A stretch of DNA of 64,000 nucleotides from an uncultured Acidobacteriota bacterium (lineage in GTDB: Bacteria; Acidobacteriota; Vicinamibacteria; Fen-336), in NCBI GenBank assembly GCA_963720545.1, contig OY970399.1:192001-256000 (forward strand). The letters are read 5' to 3'. Shown here in pieces: positions 44,490-55,200 of the stretch. The first letter of the stretch is position 1, and the number at the start of each line of letters is the position of its first letter. The notes beneath the pieces were generated by a model. It ran no database searches, was not told where the DNA came from, and worked only from the letters and a program-made list of their open reading frames with translations. The position numbers were made by a program, and so were the translations under genes.

Positions 44490-45277
44490 CCGGCAACGCG
44501 CCGGTGCGCCTGGCGCGAATGAAGGTACGGCGCGGCACCGCGCTGCTGCCGAGCCTGTTCACCACCGCCAACCTGTTCTCCGGCTTCTGGTCGATGATCC
44601 ACACCCTGCACGGCCGCTACGAGCAGGCGGCAGTGCTCATCGGCATCGCGATCGTCCTCGACATGCTCGACGGCCGCATCGCGCGTCTCACCAACACCAC
44701 GAGCGAATTCGGCGCCGAACTCGATTCGCTCTCCGACGTCATCTCCTTCGGCGTGGCGCCGGCACTGCTCGCCTACGCCTGGGCGTTCTCGACCATCGAG
44801 CGCGCCGGCTGGCTGGCCGCGTTCCTGTTCGTGGTGTGCGGCGCGCTGCGCCTGGCACGCTTCAACGTGCAGCGCAAGGCGACCGACGGCCGCTACTTCG
44901 TCGGCCTCGCGATCCCGGCAGCGGCAGGGCAGGTGGCGGCGGTCGTCTACGCCGTGCCCCAGGGCATCGACCTCAAGACCCTGGCGCTCATCGCCTGGTG
45001 CGCGGTGGTGGTGCTTGCGCTGCTGATGGTCAGCACCTTCCGCTACCACTCGTTCAAGGGCTTCGACCTGCGCACCCGCCGCAGCTACATGAGCGTGCTG
45101 GCGATCGCCGCCCTGCTGGTGCTCGTAGCGATCGAGCCGCAGGCGACCTTGCTGGTGCTCGCCACCGCATATGCCCTCTCCGGCCCGCTTGGCTACCTCG
45201 CCACCTTGCCGCGGCGTCGCCGCAAGTCCGAGGCGCAGCCGGAGCCGGACGGCGTCCCGGCCGATCACAGCCTCTAG
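44486..45277 (+). CDS. pssA: CDP-diacylglycerol--serine O-phosphatidyltransferase
   Basis: LPSLFT..N, DMLDGRIAR, FGAELDSLSD..SFG.AP, LRLARFN; adjacent to psd. Confidence 0.93.
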   Translation: MTGNAPVRLARMKVRRGTALLPSLFTTANLFSGFWSMIHTLHGRYEQAAVLIGIAIVLDMLDGRIARLTNTTSEFGAELDSLSDVISFGVAPALLAYAWAFSTIERAGWLAAFLFVVCGALRLARFNVQRKATDGRYFVGLAIPAAAGQVAAVVYAVPQGIDLKTLALIAWCAVVVLALLMVSTFRYHSFKGFDLRTRRSYMSVLAIAALLVLVAIEPQATLLVLATAYALSGPLGYLATLPRRRRKSEAQPEPDGVPADHSL

Positions 45278-45802
45278 GTGAGCCTTCGCGGCCCCGTTGT
45301 CGGCGTCGGCGGCGTTGTGCTCCAGGAGGGCAAGGCCCTCCTGATCAAGCGTGGCAAGGAACCGCTGAAGGGCGCCTGGGTGATCCCGGGCGGCACTGTC
45401 GAGTGGGGCGAAACGCTGGAGGCTGCGCTGGTGCGCGAGATGGAGGAGGAGACTGGGCTTCGGGTCCGCCCGGTGGCTTTCCTCGAGGCCTTCGACCGGA
45501 TCGCCGGAGCCGGCTCAGCCGCCGCCTGGCACTTCGTCATCCTCGACTACCTTTGCGAGCAGGTGGGGGGCGAGCTGCGGGCGGGTTCGGACGCCGCCGA
45601 TGCCGCCTGGGTGGCTCCGGAGGAGCTTGCGGGCCGCGGGGCGCCCGAAAAAGTCGTTGAAGTGATCCGGCTCGCATTCGCAAAAGCGAGCCTTGCCTGG
45701 CCCGCTGGCGAGGGGGTAGCCTCCGGCCATGGTGAAAGCAAAGCGGCTGGTCCTCCTGGCGTTCGTAGTCGCGGCGTTCGGCACGGCCGCTCCGTCCGCT
45801 GA
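45278..45802 (+). CDS. NUDIX hydrolase (ADP-ribose pyrophosphatase-like)
   Basis: Nudix box GGTVEWGETLEAALVREMEEETGL; the 3' tail overlaps the next ORF. Confidence 0.88.
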   Translation: MSLRGPVVGVGGVVLQEGKALLIKRGKEPLKGAWVIPGGTVEWGETLEAALVREMEEETGLRVRPVAFLEAFDRIAGAGSAAAWHFVILDYLCEQVGGELRAGSDAADAAWVAPEELAGRGAPEKVVEVIRLAFAKASLAWPAGEGVASGHGESKAAGPPGVRSRGVRHGRSVR

Positions 45803-45959
45803 CGCCGGCCTCTTCGGCAAGAAGAGCGAAGCTCAGAAATCGGCGCAGAAGGCCCGCAAGAAGGCGCGGCGCTACAACTCCATCGGCTGGGGCAACGAGT
45901 GGAAGCGGGTCTACACGCTCCAGCATTACCAGCCCGGCCACTACCTCGAGATGTACTAG
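45729..45959 (+). CDS. Small secreted cationic protein (76 aa)
   Basis: Sec signal ending ADA; host-like codon use; TTGCCT-18-TAGCCT promoter ending 6 nt before the ATG. Confidence 0.6.
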   Translation: MVKAKRLVLLAFVVAAFGTAAPSADAGLFGKKSEAQKSAQKARKKARRYNSIGWGNEWKRVYTLQHYQPGHYLEMY

Positions 45960-48900
45960 GCGCCTGACGGCGCCATTGGCGCTGCAGCGGCCGGCAGCCA
46001 GAGCCTGATCCGCGTCGGCTCCCCCGGTGCGCTCGCGAGCAGCACCGAGCCTCCGTGGTCCTCGGCGATCTTGCGCGAGAGCACGAGGCCGAGGCCGGTG
46101 CCGCCGGTCTTCGTCGAAAAGAACGGCTCGAACAGGCGCGCGCGCAGCGACTCGTCGATGCCGGGGCCGCTGTCCACCACGTCGAAGTTGACGGCCATGC
46201 CGCCGCGGCCATCGTCGCCGGGAAACACCGACACTCGAATTCCGCCGCCGCCCATCACCGCCTGCAAGGCGTTTTCGACGAGGTTGACGAACGCTCGCTC
46301 CACCAGCTTGCGTTCGACCAGCACCGGCGGCACGGCCGCGGCGATCTCGAGGTCAAGAGCGACCCCCGGAGGCGCCGCCATCCGGTAGGGCTCGAGCACG
46401 TCCGCGACCAGCTCGCCGGGATCGACCAGTTCGCGGTCGCGCGAGGCCGGCCGCGCGAATGCCGAGAATTCGGTGGCGATGCCGCGCAGGCGGTCCACCT
46501 GGCCGAGGATGGTGGAGACGCAAGCCTCGAGGACCTCCGGAAAGTCTGCCGGCCGCTCGCGATAGACGCGGCGCAGGTGCTCGGCCGAGAGGCGGATCGG
46601 CGTCAGCGGGTTCTTGACCTCGTGCGCCACCTGCCGCGCCATGTCGGCCCAGGCCGCCCGGCGGTTGCTCTTCTCGAGGTCGGCGCGCTGGCGCAGCAGG
46701 TCGGCGGCCATGCGGTTGAAGGCGTCCATCAGCGTCGCGATCTCATCGCTGGTGCCAGCGTTGACGCGCGTGTCGAGGTCGCCCGCGGCGATCCGCCGCG
46801 CCGCACCGGTCAGCGCCGAGACCGGTCCCGAAATGCGCCACGCCATGAAGTAAGCGAGAGCAGCGCCGGCCGCGAGGAACAGGAGCGATGCCAGCCGGAT
46901 GCTGCGGCTGAGGTCGGAGCCGACCGTGGCGGCGCCGCCCTGAAACGTCATGGGAAGGGACAAGACGCCGGTCTCGAACGGCCCGAGCGCGGCCGGCAGC
47001 GAGACGACGCGGTAGGTGAAGCCGCCGATGCCTTCGTCGCTGAACGCGTAGGGCTGGCCCTCGAGCACCACCTGGCGAAACGCCTGCGCATCCACCTGCG
47101 GCGACAGCAGTCCCGACGTGTACAGCTCGCGCTTGCTCGCGGCACGCAGCCTGCCGCCCTGGAAGAGCGCCAGGTCGCTGCGCAGAAGGCTCGCGACATA
47201 GATGAGCGCGTCGTCGCTGACGCCGCTCGGCGCGCCGTCCTCGCCCTGCAGCACCGCGTAGTCTTCCACCGCTTTCTGGCTCACGTAGGCACGCTGCAGC
47301 GCCTGGTTTTCGGTCGCGCGCTCGAGCCGTGCACGCACCACGCGGGTCGCCACCACTTGCAGCACGCCCACCGGCACCACCGCGAGCAGCACGAATGCCA
47401 CGAGCAGCCGCCAGGCGAAGCGCCCGCGGATGCGCTCGACCAGAGTCGCCAGGCTGAAGCTGCGGCGGCGCAGCAGCGTGCGCACCGCGAGCAGCAGGGC
47501 GATGGCGAGCGCCGTCACGCACAGCGCCGAGGCCGCGGCGTCGAGCAGGTCGGCGACGCGCTGCAGCGGCGCGCGCCGCGGATAGCCCAGGACGTTGGTG
47601 AGGGTGCCGTCGCCGAACACGAAGCCGTCGAACGGCTGGCCGTCGAGGTCGAGGCTGGTCCAAAAGCCGCTCGTGGCGGCGCGGCTCTTCGGCTCGAGCG
47701 TGCGCAGCCCCATCGGCGGGCGCTCGGTGGAGTAGAACGCCGGCTGGCCGCGCGCGTCGAACACGAACAGGTCGACCGGCGGGCCGCGGCGCTGCGACGG
47801 CAGGCTCGCCGGCCGGTAGAGCAGCGAGTAGGGATCGCGCGGCGTCAGGAACGGCAGGTTCCAGTAGTCCTCCGAGACGTAGAGGTCGATGGCGCCGGGC
47901 CCCAGCCCCGGCACCAGCAGCGCGCGGCTCGCATGCAGCACCGGCTGCTGCACGCTGCCGAGCGGCAGCACCTCGCGGCGCACCTGCCACGCGGCGCTGT
48001 CGGGCCGCGGCACCGGGCGTTCGGTCAGCGCTGGAAGGTTGAGCGCGAAGCGGCTGACCACGCGGCCGTTCTCGTCGTGGATCTCGACCGCCGACGACAG
48101 GCCGAAGGTGGAGAGCTCGGTACGCGACCACACCGCGAACGCCATCTGTTCGAGCGCCGGCGCCGGTCCCGCGGCAGCCGCCGGGTCCAGGACGTCGAGG
48201 CGGTCCACGGTGCGATACGCATCTTCGAGGACCGAGCGGCGCAGCAGCGGCTGCTCCAGGACGAAGGGCGCATACGCCGACTGGATGAGGTCGCGCGTGT
48301 GCTGTGCGCCGCTGCCGACCACCGCCGGCTGCACCGCCAGCACCGCCGCCAGCACCAGCGCAAAGAGCGCCGCTACGCGGTGCGTGTCGCGGTGCTCCTC
48401 GGGTCGCACGAGGATCCGGCCGCAACTGACCGCGAGCAGCAACGCGCCGAGGCAGAAACAGCCGAGCGCGGCGCGCGGCGTGGGGAAGCGGTGCCACCAC
48501 CACAGGGCGGCGCCGGCGCCGACGGCGCACCAGGCGAGCGCCGCGGCGGCGCGGCCGCCGAGCGACCGCGGCCAGGCACCCTGCCGCAGCACCGCCGCGG
48601 CGAGCAGCAACCCCGCGGCAACGATGAGCAGCAGCGCCAGCTGGATGGCGCGCACGCCAGCCGCCACCGACAGCGCTTCGCCGTCGAGCGCAAACGCGGT
48701 GAGGTCGGCGTTGGTATTGGCCACCACGTCCGCGACGCAGGCAAAGAGCGGCGCAGCCGCGGCGGCGACAGCCCCGGCGGCGACCACGAAGCGCGGCAGG
48801 GAAAAGGAGCGCGAGTCGGCGCGGGCAACGATGAGCCGCGCCAGGCCAAAGGCCAGCAAGCTGCCGAGGATCGCGGCCAGCAGCAGGTCGAGCGGGCTCT

Positions 48901-49864
48901 CGAGCCAGCGCTCGGCGCCGCGCAGGCCGGTGACATAGAGATCCGACGACAGGACCGAGCGCAAGCCACGCGGGCCCGGCTGCAGCAGCGCTTCGCAGGC
49001 GGCGCGCGCCGCGAGCACGATGCCGGCCCAGATCCACACCGCGCCGCGCCGCCGCAGCGGCACGGTGGCGATGAGCAGCAGCGCGAGCACCGCAAGCGTC
49101 GCAGCCGCACCCAGGACGGCGGCCGGCACCCGGCGCGGAGACAGCCGGTCGGTCGCGGGCGTGACGCGCACGGTGGCGAGGCGTTGGCCGTTTGGCCCGG
49201 TCAGCTCGTGCTCGAGCCGCGGCAGGTCCTTTGGAATGGCCGGCAGGCGCGGCACCGGACCCCTGGCCAGGCCGGCGTCTGCCCCCTCATAGGCGATTTC
49301 GGCGCCGAGGTCGTCGCCGATCCACGCGTCGAAATCGCGCAGGTACTCGTTCGCGATGTTGCGGCGCACGCGCACCGGCGCCTCGACCAGGATGGTGCCG
49401 TCTTCGGCCGCCGGCGCAGTCACCACCAACGACGTCGCGATCGCACCCTCGCGGATGAACACGCCCGCACGCCGCAGCCGGCCGCGCAGCGACGCCGCCT
49501 CGGGCGCCGATCCGGCCCAGGCGAGCGCGGTGCCGTTGCCGTCGACGAGGCTGATCGAAGGACGCAGCTGTTCCGCCGCCTGCGCGCTTGCGAAACGCGC
49601 GAAGAGACGCGCCCGCGCTTCGTTGTCGCCGGCGAGCGCCGGCGAGGCATCCGCGTCCTTCGCGAGGCTTGCGGCGAGCGCGTCGAGCGCCGAAACGAAA
49701 CGCTGTTCGCGCGCGACCACGCGGGCCAGCGCGGGGGCGAGCGCCTCGGGGCCGCTCTTCGCGGGTGGCCGCGAACGCGAGAGCGACCAGGCGCCGAAGA
49801 GGAGGGCGAGCGCGGCGGCGGCCAGCAGCAGGAGCCGCACGCGAGCGTCACGCCCCAGGGTCAT
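45956..49864 (-). CDS. Very large multi-TM sensor histidine kinase, NtrY-like HAMP-HisKA-HATPase
   Basis: HAMP (ISGPV..L...A..IAAGDL), H-box WADMARQVAHEVKNPLTPI, N/G boxes NLVENA, DSGPG, GTGLGL. Confidence 0.9.
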   Translation of the reverse strand: MTLGRDARVRLLLLAAAALALLFGAWSLSRSRPPAKSGPEALAPALARVVAREQRFVSALDALAASLAKDADASPALAGDNEARARLFARFASAQAAEQLRPSISLVDGNGTALAWAGSAPEAASLRGRLRRAGVFIREGAIATSLVVTAPAAEDGTILVEAPVRVRRNIANEYLRDFDAWIGDDLGAEIAYEGADAGLARGPVPRLPAIPKDLPRLEHELTGPNGQRLATVRVTPATDRLSPRRVPAAVLGAAATLAVLALLLIATVPLRRRGAVWIWAGIVLAARAACEALLQPGPRGLRSVLSSDLYVTGLRGAERWLESPLDLLLAAILGSLLAFGLARLIVARADSRSFSLPRFVVAAGAVAAAAAPLFACVADVVANTNADLTAFALDGEALSVAAGVRAIQLALLLIVAAGLLLAAAVLRQGAWPRSLGGRAAAALAWCAVGAGAALWWWHRFPTPRAALGCFCLGALLLAVSCGRILVRPEEHRDTHRVAALFALVLAAVLAVQPAVVGSGAQHTRDLIQSAYAPFVLEQPLLRRSVLEDAYRTVDRLDVLDPAAAAGPAPALEQMAFAVWSRTELSTFGLSSAVEIHDENGRVVSRFALNLPALTERPVPRPDSAAWQVRREVLPLGSVQQPVLHASRALLVPGLGPGAIDLYVSEDYWNLPFLTPRDPYSLLYRPASLPSQRRGPPVDLFVFDARGQPAFYSTERPPMGLRTLEPKSRAATSGFWTSLDLDGQPFDGFVFGDGTLTNVLGYPRRAPLQRVADLLDAAASALCVTALAIALLLAVRTLLRRRSFSLATLVERIRGRFAWRLLVAFVLLAVVPVGVLQVVATRVVRARLERATENQALQRAYVSQKAVEDYAVLQGEDGAPSGVSDDALIYVASLLRSDLALFQGGRLRAASKRELYTSGLLSPQVDAQAFRQVVLEGQPYAFSDEGIGGFTYRVVSLPAALGPFETGVLSLPMTFQGGAATVGSDLSRSIRLASLLFLAAGAALAYFMAWRISGPVSALTGAARRIAAGDLDTRVNAGTSDEIATLMDAFNRMAADLLRQRADLEKSNRRAAWADMARQVAHEVKNPLTPIRLSAEHLRRVYRERPADFPEVLEACVSTILGQVDRLRGIATEFSAFARPASRDRELVDPGELVADVLEPYRMAAPPGVALDLEIAAAVPPVLVERKLVERAFVNLVENALQAVMGGGGIRVSVFPGDDGRGGMAVNFDVVDSGPGIDESLRARLFEPFFSTKTGGTGLGLVLSRKIAEDHGGSVLLASAPGEPTRIRLWLPAAAAPMAPSGA

Positions 49865-50289
49865 CGCAGGTACAGCATGCCGTAGATCACGACTCCGGTC
49901 ACGGACACGTAGAGCCACAAGGGCAGGGTGACGCGGGCGATGCGCCGGTGGCGTTGGTAGTCGCCGCGCAGCCCGCGCCGCAGGGTCACGAGCACTAGCG
50001 GGACGATCGCCACCGCGAGGATCGTGTGGCTGAGCAGGATGGCGAAGTACACCGCGCGGATCGCACCCTGGCCGGAGAAGCGCACGCTGCCCACCTGCGC
50101 GTGATAGATGAGGTACGAAACGAGGAAGGCGCTCGACGTGCAAAAAGCGGCGATCATGGTGCGCCGGTGGGCCAGGACCTGACGCCGGCGGATGAAGACG
50201 TACGCCGTCACCAGCAGCAGTGCCGCCGCGGTGTTGAGGCAGGCGTTGAGCGCCGGCAGGTCGGTGACGGCCAGGCCGAGAAGCGGCAT
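49861..50289 (-). CDS. DUF420 (CtaM/YozB-like) membrane protein
   Basis: LPALNA.LN, HRR.M, FLVSYL.YH, H.RIAR...PLWLYVSVTG. Confidence 0.88.
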   Translation of the reverse strand: MPLLGLAVTDLPALNACLNTAAALLLVTAYVFIRRRQVLAHRRTMIAAFCTSSAFLVSYLIYHAQVGSVRFSGQGAIRAVYFAILLSHTILAVAIVPLVLVTLRRGLRGDYQRHRRIARVTLPLWLYVSVTGVVIYGMLYLR

Positions 50290-51152
50290 CAGCGGCGGTC
50301 GAGGATCAGGGCCAGCGACAACAGCAGCAGGTAGACGATCGAGCCGCCAAAGAGCGGGCCGGCCCGCTCCCGCGTCGGCGTCGCGGCAAAGCGCGCCGCA
50401 AGATACAGGTAGAAGGCACCAAGCACCACCGCGCACACCAGGTAGCGCTTGCCCGCCATGCCGCCAAAGGTCGGCGCCAGCGTCACGAGCCACAGCGCCA
50501 GCGTGTACGCGACCACCTGCCGCGGCAGCATCCTGCCGCTCGGATCGTCGTGCGCCAGCACCTTGAGCCCGGCACGCGCGTAGTCCTCGTGGTAGAGCGC
50601 CGCGATGGCAAGGAAGTGCGGCACCTGCCACATATAGAGGATGGCGAAGAGCACCGCCGCGCCCGGGTCGAGGCTGTTGCGCGCGGCGGCCCAGCCGATG
50701 ACCGGCGGCAGCGCGCCCGGCACGCCGCCGACGAGGGTCGCAAGCGAAGTGACTGGTTTCAGCGGCGTGTAGGCGAACACGTACGAGAGCCACGTCGCCA
50801 GCGCCACCAGCGCAGTCAGCGGGTTGTTGAAGCGCCCCAGGACCAGCAGGCCGGTGGCGGTCACGAGCCCGGCGAAGAGCGCTGCCTGCTGGCGGCTCAT
50901 GCGACCCGCCGGCAGCGGCCGGCGCCGCGTGCGCTCCATGAGCGCGTCGGTGCCGGCCTCCCACACCATGTTGGCTGCGTTCGCGCCGCCGGCGACCAGA
51001 GCCGTTCCGGCGAGCGCCGCGAGCAGCGGCCAGCCGGCGGGGCCGGCGCCGACCAGGTAGCCGACGAGGGTGGTCGTCACCACGGTGAAGGTGATGCGTG
51101 GCTTGGTGAGGGCGACGAGGTCGCGCCCCGTCACGCGAGCCGCGGCGATCAA
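50289..51152 (-). CDS. ctaB: Protoheme IX farnesyltransferase (heme o synthase)
   Basis: LTKPR, D.LM.RT..RPLP.G, YTPLK, GALPP.IGW, WQ.PHF.AI. Confidence 0.93.
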   Translation of the reverse strand: MIAAARVTGRDLVALTKPRITFTVVTTTLVGYLVGAGPAGWPLLAALAGTALVAGGANAANMVWEAGTDALMERTRRRPLPAGRMSRQQAALFAGLVTATGLLVLGRFNNPLTALVALATWLSYVFAYTPLKPVTSLATLVGGVPGALPPVIGWAAARNSLDPGAAVLFAILYMWQVPHFLAIAALYHEDYARAGLKVLAHDDPSGRMLPRQVVAYTLALWLVTLAPTFGGMAGKRYLVCAVVLGAFYLYLAARFAATPTRERAGPLFGGSIVYLLLLSLALILDRR

Positions 51153-51910
51153 CGGAATGCGATGTCGGCGCGGGCGGCGGCGCCGTCCGCGAGCGTCACG
51201 CTCACCGCGGCGGTCTTGAGGCGCGGATGAGCGGCTTCGATCTCGTAGGTGCCCGCCGGCAGGCCGGTGATGGTGAACGCCCCGTCAGCCCCGGTGACGG
51301 TGAAGAACGGGTTCGGCAGCACCGCGACAAAGGCGCGCATCCATGGGTGGATGTCGCAGCCCACGGGGAACAGCATCTCCGGCTTCAGGAAGCGCAGCGT
51401 TTGCTCGATTCCCTTGCGCGGCTGGCCCTTGTTCGACTCGGGGTTCTCGCGCGGATGGAAGTGGACGTTGTGCGAGAGGTCGTCGTTGTTGCGGATGAGG
51501 AGCGACTGGCCGGCCATCACCGCGACCACGGCCGGTGCGTAGTCGCAGTCGTTCTGGTCGAGGACCGCGGGTGACGCGGGCGGCGCCAGTGCACCGCTGA
51601 GGCCGGACTTCACGTAGACGACCGTGTCCGCGACGCCGCCTGAGCTGACGCGCACGCTGTAGCGCACGATCCCGTCCGGATGGGCGGCCGCGCATTTCGG
51701 CTCGGACTGGAGCGCGATCCGGATCGGCGGTGGCACCGCCCCAGCGAACGTCACACGGCCCGAAATGCTCGCGGTGCCGAGCGCTGGGGTCGCAACGGCC
51801 GCAGGCCCGGCGGTGGCGGCGGCACCGGGCTCGGCCGACGGCGAGCGCGAACAGGAGGCGCCCACGGCGAAAAGCCCCACTGCAAGGACCGCGGCGGAAG
51901 GGCGCTTCAC
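51149..51910 (-). CDS. Lipoprotein with cupredoxin-like and carboxypeptidase-regulatory-like domains
   Basis: Lipobox-like GASC; LDQ..C.Y.P, HNVH, CDIHPWM; C-terminal TGADGAFTITGLPAGTY. Confidence 0.7.
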   Translation of the reverse strand: MKRPSAAVLAVGLFAVGASCSRSPSAEPGAAATAGPAAVATPALGTASISGRVTFAGAVPPPIRIALQSEPKCAAAHPDGIVRYSVRVSSGGVADTVVYVKSGLSGALAPPASPAVLDQNDCDYAPAVVAVMAGQSLLIRNNDDLSHNVHFHPRENPESNKGQPRKGIEQTLRFLKPEMLFPVGCDIHPWMRAFVAVLPNPFFTVTGADGAFTITGLPAGTYEIEAAHPRLKTAAVSVTLADGAAARADIAFR

Positions 51911-51924
51911 GATGCAGGATTCTC

Positions 51925-53034
51925 TCACGGTGAAACGCCGGCCGGCAGGTTGAGCGCGGCCAGCGCGACCGGGCTCGACACCCCGACGTAGAGCCGCCCG
52001 CCGATGCGCAAGGGCGCGGTGCGAAAGACGGTCGTGCCGCCCTCGGTGCCGAGGTGCAGGGACGCGGTGCCAAGGTTCTTGCCGATTTTCGGCTCTAGCG
52101 CGATGAGGTCGGCGTCGGCACAGGGCACGAGCAGCGTGACGCCGATGACAAGCGGGGTGAAGAGCGGCCGCGAGGGCAGCGGCGAGCGCCAGATCATGTG
52201 GCCCTTGCCGCGATCGAGCGCGTAGACGACGTTCTCGAGCGACGCGAACAGCACGCGCTTCTCGAACAGCACTCCACCGGCGCGAACGTCGGCGCCCACC
52301 TTCCAGCGCCAGTGCCTCTTGCCGCTGCGCAGCGCTATGCCGAGGAACGAGCCGTCGTCGTTGCCCACCAGCACGCGCTCCTTGTCGTCCACGACCGGAG
52401 TCGCACGGATCGGATCGCCCTTGCCGTAGGTCCATTCCGAAACGCCTGCGCGCTTGCGGATCACTTCGACGGCGCCGTCCTGCCGGCCGACCACGAGGAA
52501 CGCGCGTTCGACAGTGGGCCCGGACGTGATTTCCGGCCCTTCGGAGTCGGCACGCCGCCAGGCCGCGGCGCCCGTCTCCATGTCCAGGCAGGCGATGCCC
52601 TTGCCGACGATGAACACCTGCTGACCATCGAGCACCGGCGGCAGGTCGCCCGCAACCTTCGTGTCGACGCGCCAGACCTCCTTGCCGTCCGCCGGGTCGA
52701 GGCGGGAGACGACGCCGTCGGCCTGGCGCACGACGATTGCGCCCTTGCTGCTGGCGAGCCGTCCGGGGTGCCCGGCCGCGCGCCACGCCTCGGTGCCGGT
52801 GGCGGCGTCGAAGGCATAGACGATGCCGCCGCGCGACGCGACGAAGACGCGCTGCCCATCCGTCGCGAGCGGCGCCTCGACGGCTTGCGGCTCGGTGTCG
52901 CCGTCGTTCTCGAGGTTGGCGACCCATGCGGTCGTGAGCGGAAACAGGCTCGGAACGGGCGTAACGATGCGTTTGTGGCAGCCCGCGCCGGCGGCAAACA
53001 CGAGGAGGATGAGCCAGCGGCGGGGGTGGTTCAC
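51925..53034 (-). CDS. PQQ-like beta-propeller lipoprotein (BamB-like)
   Basis: Lipobox GAGC; repeated A.D..TG...W blades. Confidence 0.75.
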   Translation of the reverse strand: MNHPRRWLILLVFAAGAGCHKRIVTPVPSLFPLTTAWVANLENDGDTEPQAVEAPLATDGQRVFVASRGGIVYAFDAATGTEAWRAAGHPGRLASSKGAIVVRQADGVVSRLDPADGKEVWRVDTKVAGDLPPVLDGQQVFIVGKGIACLDMETGAAAWRRADSEGPEITSGPTVERAFLVVGRQDGAVEVIRKRAGVSEWTYGKGDPIRATPVVDDKERVLVGNDDGSFLGIALRSGKRHWRWKVGADVRAGGVLFEKRVLFASLENVVYALDRGKGHMIWRSPLPSRPLFTPLVIGVTLLVPCADADLIALEPKIGKNLGTASLHLGTEGGTTVFRTAPLRIGGRLYVGVSSPVALAALNLPAGVSP

Positions 53035-53093
53035 GCTGCGCCGACTATATCGCAGGGCTATAATCCGCGGACCAACAAGGCCTTGGAGGGCTG

Positions 53094-54629
<1,536 letters not shown>

Positions 54630-54660
54630 CAAGGCCCACCCTCGACAATTTGCGCGACGG

Positions 54661-54687
54661 TGTCGATTTCCGGCGACCCCGTTCGTC
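54661..54687 (+). promoter_or_regulatory. Putative ECF42-type sigma promoter
   Basis: TGTCGA-17 nt-CGTC directly upstream of a DGPF gene. Confidence 0.55.
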
Positions 54688-54734
54688 GTTCCAATGGCAG
54701 GCCAAGGTGGCCGGCTCCAGCAAGGAGACAGAAA

Positions 54735-55100
54735 ATGCGTGTAATGGTGCTCGTGAAGGCGACCGAAGACAGCGAAAGGGGCGATCTTCCCAAGACCGAG
54801 ATGTTCGCGGCCATGGACAAGTTCAACGCCGAGCTGGAAAAGGCCGGCATCCTGAAGCCCGGGGGCGGCGACGGCCTCAAGCCCTCGTCCCAGGGCAAGC
54901 GTGTCGCCTTCAACGGTGCCGGCCGCACCGTCATCGACGGCCCTTTCGCCGAAACCCGCGAGCTCGTCGCCGGCTTCTGGCTCTGGGAGGTCAAGGACAT
55001 GGCCGAAGCGGTCGCCTGGGTGAAGCGCTGCCCCAATCCCATGCCCGGCCCGAGCGAAATCGAAATCCGCCCGCTGTACGAGATGTCCGATTTCCAATGA
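54735..55100 (+). CDS. YciI/DGPF family protein
   Basis: DGPFAETRELVAGFW, EIEIRP; AAGGAG RBS. Confidence 0.9.
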   Translation: MRVMVLVKATEDSERGDLPKTEMFAAMDKFNAELEKAGILKPGGGDGLKPSSQGKRVAFNGAGRTVIDGPFAETRELVAGFWLWEVKDMAEAVAWVKRCPNPMPGPSEIEIRPLYEMSDFQ

Positions 55101-55200
55101 GAACCTGACTCGGGAAGGCGAGACGGCTTCTCGCTGAGGAGGTCGGCCGGACCAGTGGTGACGGTGCGGGGCGATAGAATCGCCGCGCACTCCTGAAGCG

